Numbered from the stretch's first letter, positions 1 to 13,209 are shown. The stretch: DNA of 64,000 nucleotides from Eledone cirrhosa (GCA_964016885.1 OZ024762.1:26598001-26662000), one strand, 5' to 3'. A program made the numbers and translations. The notes: generated by a model from the letters alone, not told the origin.

Positions 1-95
1 ACAGGGGTTCACTAGTAAATAATACGGCACCCCTTTACGGGGTGTCGTATTCGTATTCGTATTTGTGTAAAAATGCTTTTTTGAAAAATTTCAAC

Positions 96-2116
96 ATGGA
101 TAACACAAAAAAGAGAGAGAGCGCTGTCAGACAACACAGAGAGAGGGAGACTTTATCAGCATGTCAACAAGACAGCGTTCCAGCGGAGGTAAATATAAAC
201 GAAAATATTACAAAGGAAAAAAAGATTGTTACAGATTTAAAATTAACAAATATTTCTAACACAAACAACACCAACAATAACACCAACAACATCACCAACA
301 ACAACACCAAAAATAACAGCGGTAAAGTCGAGAACGACAATAACAAAAATAACAGTGGTAAGGTCGAGAACGACAATAACAATGACAATTACAACAGCCA
401 CAACAACAATAATAGTAGGAACAGTATCAACAAAAACAACAATAATAACAATAGCCACAATAACAGTAACAGCAGCAACAGTATCAACGAAAACAACACC
501 AACAACTGTACCAGCGAAAAGAACAACAATGACACCGATACCTGTAATAGCGACCTCAGCACCACCAGTAAGACCAGTAGCGGCAGCAATAGAGGTGCTG
601 CTGAATAAGAGACCACTTCTTTTGCAGGTGTCGCCCGAAATATCGAGACAGTGTTAGTCACAGAGGAGGAGATGGCAGTCGCAAGATGGTGACAAGAAGC
701 GCCCGATTTTTTCAAGGACCAGCAGCTACGAACGGTGACTTACCGCACCGTAAGCAAAATCTCACATCGAGTGGAGAGAGCCACGGAGGCTCAAATCCAA
801 AAGGCCTTGGGGTGCGTCTGGGCTCGCAAAACCCACATCACCCGAGGCAGAAAGTACGCCACAGTAGACGTACTTTTTGCCACCCCCCAGGAAGCAAAGT
901 CTCACTCTTTGGAAACCCTAAAGAGTGAGGAGTTAGTCTTGGTGCCCTCCTACTGCGGCAAGAAATTTGTGAGGGTCAAAGTGACCCAGGTCCCACCCGA
1001 CGTGCCCATACCTTGGCTGGCCGTGTCTGTCCTTGCTGGAATTGAGAACAGGGCGACCATGCTGCAAGTAGAAAAAATAGGGAGAGAGAACTGGTCAGGT
1101 ATAGGCATGCAAATGCTTATACAAACTGACCAGGAATGTATCGAGGCTATCCCCGATATCATAGACTTTGAGGAAGGACTCCAACTCCCTGTAAGTGTAG
1201 AAGGAAGACGACCAAAATGTTATCTCTGTGGGTCGAAAGGTCACCTCAGGGACTTTTGCCGCAGAAGACACCGAAGATGGCCCCTCTCCTTCCAATACCT
1301 GGTCCGCTGCTACCAAGAGCAGGACAGGCAACAAACGAAGAAGCCCCTTCCACGGTGAGTAGGAGGGCAACGTCCGTAGCACCGGTACCAAGGCCACGGA
1401 TAACTAAAGCAGCATCATCAGTAGCGGCAACACAAATAGCTACATTTGAAATGGCTACACCAGCAACAAAATTGCCGAAGAGGGCTCCACTACCACCACC
1501 AACAGCCGTGGAGCACTTACCCCTCCCAGACCCCACAGAAACCGACATGGAGTTTGAGGCGGGAGTGACGTGGCAAACAGTCTGCCACAAAAAACAAAAA
1601 ACAAAAAAACAAAAAAACAAAAAACAAAAAACAAAAAACAAAAAACAAAAAAACCTTAGATTCACCCTCCAAAAGTGAAGGCATACAAAGAGGGGTAAAG
1701 GCAGCAAGGAAACTTGCAGCAACACCACCAAAAACACCAACAACGCAAACACAACAAGACACTCACACCAAACAGCAACAAGAAGAAAACGGCAACAAAA
1801 TCACCCTCCCCCCAAAAAGTACACAGCCATAAACATAGCAAAAAAAGAACTCATAAAATATATAAAGCAGCACACAGACATCACGGAAAAAAATGACTAC
1901 ACCCCACCAACACCAAGAACTCTCTCGACAAACATAAGCATCATCGAAATCTCATTAGAACAATACAAACCTTTAAAACAAAAATTCCCCAACGCAGTTG
2001 GAGACTTCAGAGGGTCGGTTACCAAGAGGATATACACTGACATCCTCTTGGAAACACCCATGACCAGCGAAAGGGACGGTTCTACTGTCCCTTCACCACA
2101 CGAACAAGGTAAGTGA
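96..2116 (+). pseudogene. Tx1 ORF1 (gag-like, zinc knuckle), disrupted
   Basis: Asn-rich N-terminus, VSVEGRRPKCYLCGSKGHLRDFC (CX2CX4HX4C) in ORF 735..1358, then Pro/Thr/Lys-rich segments split across frames. Confidence 0.8.
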
Positions 2117-2148
2117 CCCTTTCTCATTTGCCCCGTTTCTCATCCAAC

Positions 2149-5100
2149 ATGGCTGTACTCAGAATAGGCAGTATAAATGCACGTGGCCCGGGGTCATCTT
2201 GGAAGCAGGGTCACCTGCTCAATGACCTCAGGTCACTAAACATAGATGTGGTGGCCATCAGTGAAACCAGAATCTCCGAGGCACGGGCCTTCGCACCGAT
2301 CTTCAGCGGCTACGATGTATACGCATCTCTCAGCCGTCCAGGATCGGGGTGAGGGGTTGCCGTCCTTTTTCGGAGAGGCTTGGATCTTGCGATACGGGCC
2401 ATCTTCCTGGACCCAGAAGGTAAGTCGGTGGTGCTGGACGTGACCGGCAGCGAAGGCAATGCTTTCAGGCTAGTAGCGGTCTACGAGCCAACAGGGGCAG
2501 GACGGCCAGATTTCTTCAGACGTCTAGAGACATTTCTTGGAACGTCCCGCTCTTTAGTGTCAGTGGGCGACTGGAACGGTATCTTGGATACACGCTGGGA
2601 TTGTGTGGGGCTAGTGGAAAGGGGAGGAGGGTGCAAGAGCCTCACCAACCTGCTCAGACGTTTTGAACTGTCTGACAGGTATCGTCTGAATCACCCGATG
2701 GGCCAATGTGGACATGGACAAACCGCATCGGGTCATCCAGATCGTATCTAGATAGGGTATTCTGCAGGGAACTAGATAAGGCTAGTATAAGTTGTCCACA
2801 ATTTAAAATAGTCGACTACACAGACCACAAATTTGTGATCTGTGAGATCGACATAGACAGACTTCATAGACCAGGGCCTGGTTACTGGAAGCTGGACGCG
2901 TCTTTCCCGGCGCGCAAGGCCTACAGAGACCGGATTAGCGTATTAGTTAAGCGGGCGTTGACGGGAGCGGTCGTCAACAACAGGTGGTGGTTCGCCCTGA
3001 AAAGGGCAATTAAAGTAGAGTCGATTAGATTTAGCAAAGGAGTAGTGATAGAGGAAAATAGAGTAGAGGGAGAGCTAGTCAGAAAGCTAGAAGAGGCGTT
3101 TAGGACAGGCATCGCAACCGACGTGCTTGCGGCGAGATTGGCACTCGACCAATTCTTCAACGCAAAACACGAAGGCTGCGTTGTCAGAGCTAGAGCGCGT
3201 GCTCTGAAACACGAGGGGACAAAAGCCGTCCAATGGGCCCGGGTGGCAGAGGCGCGACGTGGCAATAAAGCCACAATTCGGTCTTTGTCTGACCAAAACG
3301 GGTGCGTGATGCTCGAATCCGAGCGGATGTGTGAAGCTTTTCAGCAGCACCTTGCTGAACTTTTCGGGAGCGGCGGCGGCCCGGATCGGGACATGGACTT
3401 CAGTGCATACCTTGATGGACTGCTTCGGCTCTCGACGACCGCAGCACAGTGATGCGAAAAGCCAATAACAGCCGGTGAAATACGGGAAGCGATGGCTAAC
3501 TGCACAAGAGGTTAATCCCCAAGTTTAGATGGTCTGCCCTATGAGCTTTATGCATTTATGCCAGACTTGTTCGGTGACCTCTTGGCAGACGTCTACTGCA
3601 ACTGGCAGCAGAACGGGAGCATTCCCAGTTTTGTGAGCCGGGGAGCAGTGGCGCTGCTGAGAAAAGACCCGAACAAGGGGGATGTTATTGATAATTTCAG
3701 GCCCATAACTCTGCTAAACGCAGAGTTCAAGATTTTGGCCAAGGTGTTAGCAACGAGGTTGGCGCTTGTCGTCAAGGGTCTGGTGGGAGAGGCGCAGACA
3801 TGCTCCATCCCGGACAGATCCATACACGACAAACTCCACCTCATGCGATACATCATAGAGAGGGTGGTTAATGAACCTGGCAAGGGTGGGGCCCTGATCA
3901 ACTTGGACCAATCCAAAGCATTCGATAGGGTCGACCATCGGTACCTGGCGGCGGTCCTTGAGGCAGCCGTTTCGGGCCTGTTTTCAGGCGTTGGATCGCA
4001 GCAATGTACAGCGACATCTTCTCAGTTGTGAGGGTGAACGGTCACCTGTCGCAGCCGTTCAGCATCATGCGCTCAGTCCGCCAGGGTTGTCCCCTCTCGT
4101 CCCTCTTGAACGTATTGGCTCTCGAGCCGTTACTGCACAAACTGGGGGCGATGAGGGGCGTCCCACGCGAACTAGGATGCGGGAAATCCGAGTCGGTTTA
4201 CGCTGACGACGTCACTGTGGTGGTGTCGAGCACCAGACACGTCCAGATGCTCGGCATCGCTCTCGAGGAATACGAAACGGTGACAGGAGCAAAGATAAAC
4301 CAGGAAAAGTCGGTGGGCTTGCAGCTAGGCACCTGGAGAGGAAAGTCCATGCCGTCCGACAGCGTCGTAGAGCGTTGGACGGGCGGACCGGTTAAATTGT
4401 TCGGGGTCTGGTTCGGACCGGAACTACAGATGGAGAAAAAATGGAACGAGGTGACGAGCAGGGTGGTCTCCCTCACCCAGAAATGGGCTGAGAGGAAGCT
4501 GTCCCTGAAAGGCCGGGCGGAAGTGGCGAATGCGTACATCGCATCCGTCATCTGCTACCGCCTCACCGTCGTCCCTTGCTCCAGCCCAACTCTCACCAAA
4601 ATGGAGCGCCTCCTCTTCCGCTTTTTGTGGAAGGGACGCGCTCCCATGGTCAGACGATCCATCTCCTGTCAACATCCGTTGCGTGGAGGACTGGGCATGC
4701 CATGGCTGATGATGCGCAAACATGCGCTGAGGCTGCGACATCTCTGGTGCTTCCTTGATGGTGAACGGGTGTGGTCGCCGTTCGCCAGGCACATTTTCCC
4801 ACAGCTCGTCTCCTTGACGGAGCTGCAGTCCTGGATCAGAAAAAGACAGAGGGATAGCGCTTGGAAACTGGAATGTCTCCAGGCGCTCACTGCCCTCTCA
4901 CAGTTGGGCACCAGTATCGGTGGAACATCCACCTCGGCGTTCTATAGAGAACTAGTGGAGAGGAAGAGCGACGACGTTCTCGGAGAGATCCTGGGCGTCG
5001 AAGAAGATCAGCTGCTTGCTCTCTTCCGGAGAACTTTCAGCCCGGGGCCTATGGATAACTTCCAAAAATCTCTGGCCTGGCAGTGCTACCGGGCAGCGCT

Positions 5101-5566
5101 GCCGGTTCGAGATAAGTTCTACAGGCCCGGAAGTGCCGTTAGCCGAGCCTGTCCGAGATGCGCGCATAGCGACGAAACCGTTGTGGACGCACTCGTTCAG
5201 TGCCCGAGCATTGCTGACTTGTGGAGCTATGTCGAACAGTTGCTGTCACGTGTGGGACTGATCCGGTTGTCGACTTAGTCCATTGTGCAGATGGTCTCGC
5301 CGTCTTCCTTTGAAGAAGAAGGGCAGGCGGTTTTCATCTTCCTGGTGGCCATGGCAAAAGAGATTGTGTGGTGCACAAGGTTAAAAGGATTAAAGACAAA
5401 CACTTTCCTCTTCGGCGAATCCCTGATTAACTTTTTCAAGTTTCACTTGAAGAGGGAAATCAGGGTGGAGAGGCAAGTGCTGCTTTCTAGCAAGTTTGTT
5501 GAAAGGTGGGTGAATGTAGCGAGAATGGTCCGAGTGAATGGGACCACTCTGAATATACGTCTGTAG
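2149..5566 (+). pseudogene. Tx1 ORF2 (APE endonuclease + reverse transcriptase + CCHC), with stops and frameshifts
   Basis: LRIGSINARG, AISET, GDWNG, SYLDR, TDHK, GPGYWKL (APE); NFRPITLLN, DQSKAFDRV, SVRQGCPLS, YADD (RT); GGLG; CPRCAHSDETVVDALVQC. Spread over ORFs 2113..2352, 2380..2751, 2706..3452, 3558..4031, 4004..5278 and 5285..5566. Confidence 0.95.
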
Positions 5567-5853
5567 TTTGAGAGATGGAAAAATTGAGAGAGGGCGCTTA
5601 CCCTGGTAGTCAGTGTGGCCGTGGTCTTTTGTGTGGTTTTCACCACGAGTAACCCTCGGAGGTTTCCCCCCTATTGGGGAATTTTTCATTGTTTCAATTT
5701 TCATTTCATTGTTTATATATATATATGTTTTATGTCTTTTTTCTTTTCTTATATAAATAATAAAAATATTTACACGCACAAAACCCACAACGTACCGTCC
5801 TGTTCCGTCTGTGATGTTTTTCTTGATGTCAGCCCTTGTCGCCAATAAAGAAA

Positions 5854-5855
<2 letters not shown>

Positions 5856-5886
<31 letters not shown>

Positions 5887-8800
5887 CTTGAATCTCAGTC
5901 ATTGATGTTAGTTAACTGGAAAGTTTGTTGAAATGAATATAAAGCCACTACCTGCAGCCTCAGATATTCAGGACGTATCGGAGGGTTCTTGTTGTTCCCA
6001 GCAAGCATGCCTTTTGAAGCGTTCCTAAAAGCGTGAAGGGGCCAATTTTCTTTAACCATCCCTGGAAACTTTTTGAGATAGTCCCTAGTGCGCCTATGAC
6101 AATCGGGATCACTTTGACTTCATGGTCGTTCCAAATCCTTTTTACCTCCCACTTTAAGTCCTGGTATCGGTTTTCTCCCTCTCCTTCTCTTGCACTCTCG
6201 TGTCGAATGAGCAGGTTACATCTACAATCAGGCACGATCTATTTTCCTTGTCCAAAACCACCAGGTCAGGTCTATTGTGTTCCAGTTTCTTGTCCGTCTA
6301 TATCCTAAAATCCCATAGCACCTTCACCTGATCGTTTTCTATCACCGACTCTGGCTTATGCTCATACCACTTCTCAGAATGTGGTAAATTGTTTACTTTG
6401 CATAGGTGCCAGTGTATCACCCTGTCCATCACATCATGTCTCCAGCCCTTATAGTGAGTCTGGGCTAGGTGTTTACACTCGGATACAATGTGAGCCACAG
6501 TCTCCTCTCTCTCTTCACAGATCCTACACAGTGGGCTAGCCTCCTCCTTGTAAATATGGTGTTTCAGCCACTTCGTTTTGAGGGCCTGCTCTTGCGCAGC
6601 CATTAGCATTCCTTCTGTAGCCTTTTTAAGGACTCCTCTTTTTAACCAGTTCCATGTCTGTGGATCTCTAAATTCAGTTTTCTCAAAGAAGGTACAATGA
6701 AGGGGTTTGTCATGAAGGTTGGTCTTTCTCCTTGATGTTATTTCCTCCTTGGACATCCCTTGGTCTATTGTTCTCTCTCCTTCAGTACAATTCTGAGCAT
6801 TGGCTCCCTACTGTCGGTCATGTATTTGTGCAGGTTGTTTTTCTCCATCTGAACACAGTCCTCTATGCTGATAAGACCTCTTCCACCTGCAGATCTCTTT
6901 AAGTAGAGTCTATCGACATCACTCCTCTTGTGGAACATGTTGTAGATAGTCATTAGCTTCCTAGTCTTCCTATCCATTTCTTTTTGTTCAGCAACATTCC
7001 ATTTCAGAATTCCCTTATCTTCTCACCTGTTGGTACCTGGATTCCGTTGCTTCTGCTCAATTTACCCTTCTTCATCACTAGGACTCCACACTTATTAATA
7101 CGAAATTGCATGGACACTGTCAACAAGTATATCCATCTCCTTCTCACTCTTCCCAAAGAGTTTAAGATACTCCATGAAGAGGAAGTGGTTGATAGTAAGC
7201 TCTCCTTTTCCCAACTTGTATCCTGCTCTCACTTTTCGCAGTATAATGGTCAGGGGTATCAGGGCAAGGACAAACAATAGAGGAGACAGACAATCTCCCT
7301 GGAAGATACCTCTCTTGATCTTCACGCCTCCCAAGCATTCTCCAGCCGATGTTAACTCTGTTTTCCAGGACTTCATACTCTTGCTCAAACAACTGTCTGA
7401 TGTTATCTGCCACCTTGAAGATCTCTAGGCTTTTGGTTATCCAAGACTGAGGTACCATGTCGAATGCATTTTTGTAGTCTATCCATCCCATGACAAGACC
7501 AGTGTGTCTCCTCTTGCAATTCCTCATTACTATCTTATCAATAAGTAACTGGTCTTTTGTACCACGTGACGGCATCCTTTCTGTTCGTCGGTAACAAGTT
7601 GTTTGTGTGGAGGTGATGGTAGATTTCCTCAGACACAATGCTTGTCAACAGTTTCCACATTACGGACAGACATGTGATAGGTCTATAGTTGGTAACATCA
7701 TTACCCTTGATTCGGTCTTTCATTACCAGGATTGTGGTACGTTTTGTCAACCACTCTAGTACCTTACCCGACATCAAGCAGTAATTGAACAAGGTTGTCA
7801 GTTTTGGGTGGAGGGATGTTATATGTTTAATCCAATACCCCTGCACACCATCTGGACCTGATGATTTCCAGTTGGTTAGTTTTTTGGCCTGCCCTTTAAG
7901 AGTTTCAACTGTGATACTTAAATCAGTTTGTTGATGATACTTAAATCAGTTTGTTCACTGATCTCCTTTTGTACTGTCTCAATCCACACTGCCTGATTAT
8001 TATGTTCAACATCCTGCTCCCATATTCCTCTCCAGAATGTCTTAGTCTGTTCCACCTCAGGGATCAAGTCGTTACCTCTTTCTTTCCGTTCAAGCCGCCC
8101 AAACATCTTCTGGTTGTTGTCAAACATGCGGTTCTGTCTATACTGACTGACTCTCTCTCTCATACCGCCTAATCTTTGCACTCTTTGCTACAATGTGTTG
8201 CTTCAGTTCCTCTATGATAATATTTAGCTTTTTCCTCCTAGTTTTGTACTTTATTTCCAGTCTATTTTTAGTGTCTATGTTTTTTAGTGTCCCATTCAGT
8301 AGGGACTCAAGCTTTCCAATGTCATTTCTCATTTCCCTGATTTGACCATTCAGTCGTTTCTTCCACCAAGGTTCCGATCTTTCTTGTTTCTTGTTTCCTC
8401 TCGTTTTTATGCCAAGTAATTTCCTCGCCCCATATGCTGTTGCTTTGAGGATATTGTTGCATTGGTGAAGGTTCCTCGCCTCAAGGTATGGGATGACTTT
8501 GTTTACCTTAGCTGTTGTTTCTTTTAACTTTTTCCTGTCTACAAATCTTAGGTTCATAGGTTTCCCACTGCCATTGTTCATTTCATCTACCACTAAGTTT
8601 AGGATATCAACCAAATCTTGTCCTAGCCCGTCAGCATTCATTTCCTCGATGGCCGTATCTTTGTTCCAGGTATTATTTATTTCAGCATTCAGATCATTGT
8701 CTACTTCGGATGCTTCCCCCGTTCTCTCAACCTCTTCACCTTCATTTCCCACTGGCTCGTTTGCCTGGCATACTCCACTCTCTATTTCCAACCTAATCTC

Positions 8801-9200
8801 TCTGCTCATTTCCTTCAGTTCCTACTCGCTTATCCATCCATTAGTTCTTATTACTCGAGCTTGCCCAGCCAATTTTTGTTCATCTAATTTAAATAAACCA
8901 ATCTCGTTCCAGATGTTATGCATCCGTTTCCGATAGCCTTTTTCCTTGGGGTTACTCCTCAGGTAACATTGAATAACAGTTCTATTCAATTCTTTCGTCC
9001 AGTTGGTTCTGATCCCTTTCCTTCTTCTTCCTCCAACACCAGCAGTATTTGGATGACAGCCAGGTCCCTGCTTCTGGGCCAGGGAGCACCTGCTGGGTGA
9101 GACTTTGCCACATAACGTTCCAGTCTCCTCTTCACCGTTATTCGAACTGCTTAGGTTCGACATTTAAACACTCATATCGAAGATTGGTGAATGTATAGTT
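5856..9200 (-). mobile_element. R4/Dong-type non-LTR retrotransposon (RT + CCHC + restriction-like endonuclease), near full length, degenerate
   Basis: N-terminal NWTKELNRTVIQCY..GYRKRMHNIW; PWWKKRL; NYRPITCL; GTKDQLLID; [13 protein letters not shown]; GGRGLISIED; CRICEEREETVAHIVSEC; KVIPIVIGALGTI; LQKACLLGT. Ends in (TAA)n at 5856-5885 (minus strand), as is typical of Dong. The 5' boundary is approximate. Confidence 0.9.
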
Positions 9201-9399
9201 ACATAACCACCGGTGATTTCATCACCCCCCAGTGATTTGATCACCCCCGGTGATTTTAGCGTGGCACCATCACGCTGTAGACGAACATAAATAAATAAAC
9301 AAATAAATAGATAAAAACTTTAAAAAATAAACTTAAGTTTCATTGTAATGTTTGAATGTCTGATTTAGTTGTTTTTTTTCCTTTACATTTTTCGTTTTT

Positions 9400-9705
9400 C
9401 AAGGCCAGTAACATCGGTTACTAGTGTTGTTGTTGCTGCTGTGTTCTATCCATGCTTTGACACATAGAGTTACGGCCCTTGCCATTCTGAGTTTAAATCC
9501 CGCCGAGGTTAACTTTGCCTTTCATCCTTACGGGGTCGATAAAATAAAGTACCAGTAATACACTGGGATAATTGCTGGCCTTGTGCCAAAAGTAGAAACA
9601 ATTATTATTATTATATTATATGGGGCCGATAAAACAAAGCACCAGCAATGCACTGTGCAATCGCTGGCCTTGCGCCAAAAAAGTAGAAACAATTATTATT
9701 ATTAT
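9400..9705 (+). mobile_element. Octopus-type tRNA-derived SINE plus a partial tandem 3' copy
   Basis: GAGTTTAAATCCCGCCGAGGTTAACTTTGCCTTTCATCCTTACGGGGTCGATAAAATAAAGTACCAG...GTGCCAAAAGTAGAAAC followed by (ATT)n; same family as 42671-42855. Confidence 0.8.
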
Positions 9706-10350
9706 ATTATAGTTTAGATTTGACATTGTTTAAACTAAACATTTTGAAAGAGTTGAGAGGTACAACAGCAATAATGTTTTTGGTGTTGTTGTTGTTGCTG
9801 TTAGCTGTTTGACCGGGTCACCAAATCAGTCTATTTATATCTTTTGATACCTTCCTCGCTTCTATTCATGTTTAGTGGGACTACTACCATCCCTCTCTCT
9901 TAACAGGAGGTATTGAGAGAATAGTGGCGGTAGCGGTGATGATGCAGTGGTGGTGGTGGTGATGTGATAGTAGTACTGTAGTGATGGTGTTGATGTAGCC
10001 GTTGGTTTTGGTTTGTTTGTTTGGCTGGCTAGATTTGTTGTGGTAGTGGTGATGGTGATGGTAGTGGTGGCGGTGGTGGTGTTGGTGGTGAAATCATTTG
10101 TCTGTTGTTTGTAGCCATTTTTCTTTTTTTACTATAATATTTCTGATACAAGATTAAATATTAAATATTGGAGCCCTATGCCATAATGTGAATCGTTGCC
10201 ACTTCCTGAGAGTTAAGACTGGTATCTTATGTTCCATTTGTAATAAGAATTATTCTATCACAATTGTTTTAAATACGTAAAAAATGAAAAACTTACGGGT
10301 CGATTCCATAACACTCTATCCACCACGTGCGTAACTTCCCTTATTATTAT

Positions 10351-11090
10351 TTGCCAATGTGGACTTGGACAAACCGCATCGGGTCATCCAGATCATATCT
10401 AGATAGAGTATTTTGTAGGGAAACCGTCCTGCACGCACTCGTCCAGTGTCCGAGCATTGCTGACTTGTGGGTTTATGTCGAACACCTGCTGTCGCATGTA
10501 GGACGGTTCCAGCTATCAGCTGAGTCCATCGTGAGGATTGCCTCGCTCTCTTCCTTTAGCCGGGAAGGACAAGCAGTTTGTATCTGTCTGGTGGCCATGG
10601 CGAAAGAGATAGTATGGTGGACGCGTCTGAAAGGGCTGAAGACGAGCACTTACCACTTCGGTGATGCCCTGATTAACTTTTTCAAATTTCATTTGAAAAG
10701 GAAAATCAGGGTAGAGAGGGCAGTGGGCTCTTCCCAGTTTTTTGTTGAAAGATGGGTGAGAGAGGCAAGAATGGCCTGAGTGAATGGGCCTATTCTGAGT
10801 ATATACCTGTAAATTGAAGGTGGAAAACTGGGAGAGGCCACTTGCCCTGATGGTCAGGGTCACTGTGCCTTTTTAATGGGCTTTCTCCACGAATGATCCT
10901 CGGAAGTCTCCCCCCTATTGGGGAATTTTTGATTGTTATTTTGTTACATCCTCAGTTTTTTTTTACACGCAGAAATGCCCATTTGTACCGTTCTGTATTG
11001 TCCTGTACTGTCCTTAATGTCTACTTTATGTAAACCCTTGTGGTTAATAAAGAAAGCATGATTATCATTATTATTATTATTATTATTATC
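10351..11090 (+). mobile_element. Internally deleted, 5'-truncated Tx1 copy (subfamily A)
   Basis: MWTWTNRIGSSRSYLDRVFCRE (end of APE) joined in frame to TVLHALVQCPS (C-terminal zinc finger). The 3' UTR matches 5567-5855. (TTA)n on both flanks. Confidence 0.9.
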
Positions 11091-11194
11091 CTTACGTGAT
11101 CGATAAAACAAAGTACCAGTAATGCACTGGTAATTGTGCATAAATTGTGCCTAAATTAGAAACAATTATTATTATTATTATCCTTCTCTCCTTT

Positions 11195-11930
11195 CTCTTC
11201 TTTCTCTTCTTTCTCTTCTTTCTTCTTCTTCTTCTTCTTCTTCTTCTTCTTCTTCTTCTTCTTCTTCTTCTTCTTCTTCTTCTTCTTCTTCTTCTTCTTC
11301 TTCTTCTTCATGGTACTGACCATCAGCTTCTTCTCTTGTTCCCTCTTCATCTACATCTAATTCCTTCTCCTCCTCCTCTGCCGCAGCCTCTCCATGCCGC
11401 CATATTTAACTTGTTCTTCTTTATCTTCACCTCCTCCTTCTCTGTCTCCCCATCTTCCTCCACCTCCTCCTCCTTCCCCTTGCTACATCACCCCCTCTTC
11501 TTCCCCGTCCTCCTCCCCTCTACATTTTCTCCTACCCATCCTCCTCCCCTTCTCCCTTCTTCTTCTTCTCCTGTTTCTCTGACTCTTCCTTTTCTACTTC
11601 CTCTACTTTCACATCTACCCCTCCTCCGCCATTTTGTTTCAACATTCATCTGTCTAACGTTCCATCTATCTCTCATTCCACGTCAATGTCCAACAGGAAC
11701 TGATGGATACTTCGTTATATACTTTGTCATAGAGTGTGTCATATATTTCGGACATTACTTCCGTGATGGCCGTGTTTTTGATTGGTGAGTTGATGACTCG
11801 AGTTACAAATCGGTGGAGCTTTACTTAAATAACTATACGTATATACACATACATACATACATACATACATACATACATACATACATACATACATACATAC
11901 ATACATACATACATACATACATACATACAT
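11195..11930. repeat. (CTT)n microsatellite, pyrimidine-rich tract and (TACA)n
   Basis: Seen directly; accounts for the poly-Leu/poly-Lys ORFs. Confidence 0.95.
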
Positions 11931-12202
11931 AAAACATTCCAAAAATGTTGCATCTAATAACTGCATATACACATGTACAGATACAAAGCATATATACATG
12001 CACACATACAACTCAAAACATCCACATCCACACATACAATAACATCCATATCTACACATGCATGCATGCAGACATACATACATATCTACCTAGTTGATGT
12101 TGTGTAAATTCCAATGAAAAAGTCTTGTGTCTATGATAGAAACCGACTCTCTCTCTATTGGTAAAAGTTTCTGAAATTATAAAACCAGAAGAACATATAT
12201 AC

Positions 12203-12280
<78 letters not shown>

Positions 12281-12395
12281 CCAGGTTTGAGGTTTCGACC
12301 GGCTGAGGTTGAAGGAACAGAATAGCGGTCGGCCTCGGGCCCTCGATTTTCAGCCCCATGGATTTTCTCTATTACATTCACGTATTATATTTCGA

Positions 12396-12453
12396 ATACC
12401 TGATGATATCACCGGATTCATACGGAACCCGGTCATTGAAATGATCATAGTAT
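12396..12453 (+). ncRNA. Type I hammerhead ribozyme-like motif
   Basis: ATAC-CTGATGA-[long stem II ACCGG..CCGGT, base mismatched]-GAAA-TGATCA-TA-GTAT. Palindromic stem III ATGATCAT, stem I ATAC/GTAT. Confidence 0.6.
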
Positions 12454-12501
12454 AATAAACCTTTCAAGGATTTAAACAAATCCAATCTCCTGTCATTTCA
12501 T

Positions 12502-12719
<218 letters not shown>

Positions 12720-12739
12720 AGATATTATTTATAGTTATG

Positions 12740-13111
12740 TATATACTATACTATAAACAACTATAAACAGGGAAGGTCAGTAATGTATTACTACCTTATT
12801 ACCAGTAAGAGAAATAGCTCAATGTAATAACATCAGGTGTTTTACAGAGCAGTAATATAGATTACACAAGTATCAAAGTTATGTTTAAATCATTTAATCG
12901 CTGACAATTATTTCTTCCAAACTTAAGCTTCGGTTCCTCGGAGCATTATCAATGTTTTTACATATAATTAACCTCCTAATCAACTGAAGAATTGAATAGG
13001 AGGTTAATTATATGTACACACATTGATGATGCTCCGAGGACGCCAATCTTAAGTTTGGGAGAAACAATTGTCAGCGATTAAATGTTTTAAACATAATTTT
13101 GATACTTGTGT

Positions 13112-13119
<8 letters not shown>
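12740..13119. mobile_element. Non-coding Penelope-like pLTR unit with inverted duplication, carrying two CCGANGA hammerhead-like motifs
   Basis: Inverted arms ~12856-12980 / 12997-13119. Motifs at 12900-12944 (-) and 13031-13075 (+). Related copies at 22830-22960 and 28270-28530. (TA)n flanks. Confidence 0.65.
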
Positions 13120-13168
<49 letters not shown>

Positions 13169-13209
13169 ACACACATACATATATGATTCTACATACATAA
13201 GCGCACACG

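Larger units (their letters stand above)
1..5885 (+). mobile_element. Tx1-clade (L1-like) non-LTR retrotransposon, near full length, frameshifted (subfamily A, (ATT)n tail)
   Basis: ORF1 with CCHC knuckle, ORF2 with APE, RT and C-terminal zinc finger, 3' UTR with AATAAA at ~5844 running into (ATT)n. The 5' end may lie at or beyond the window edge. Confidence 0.93.
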
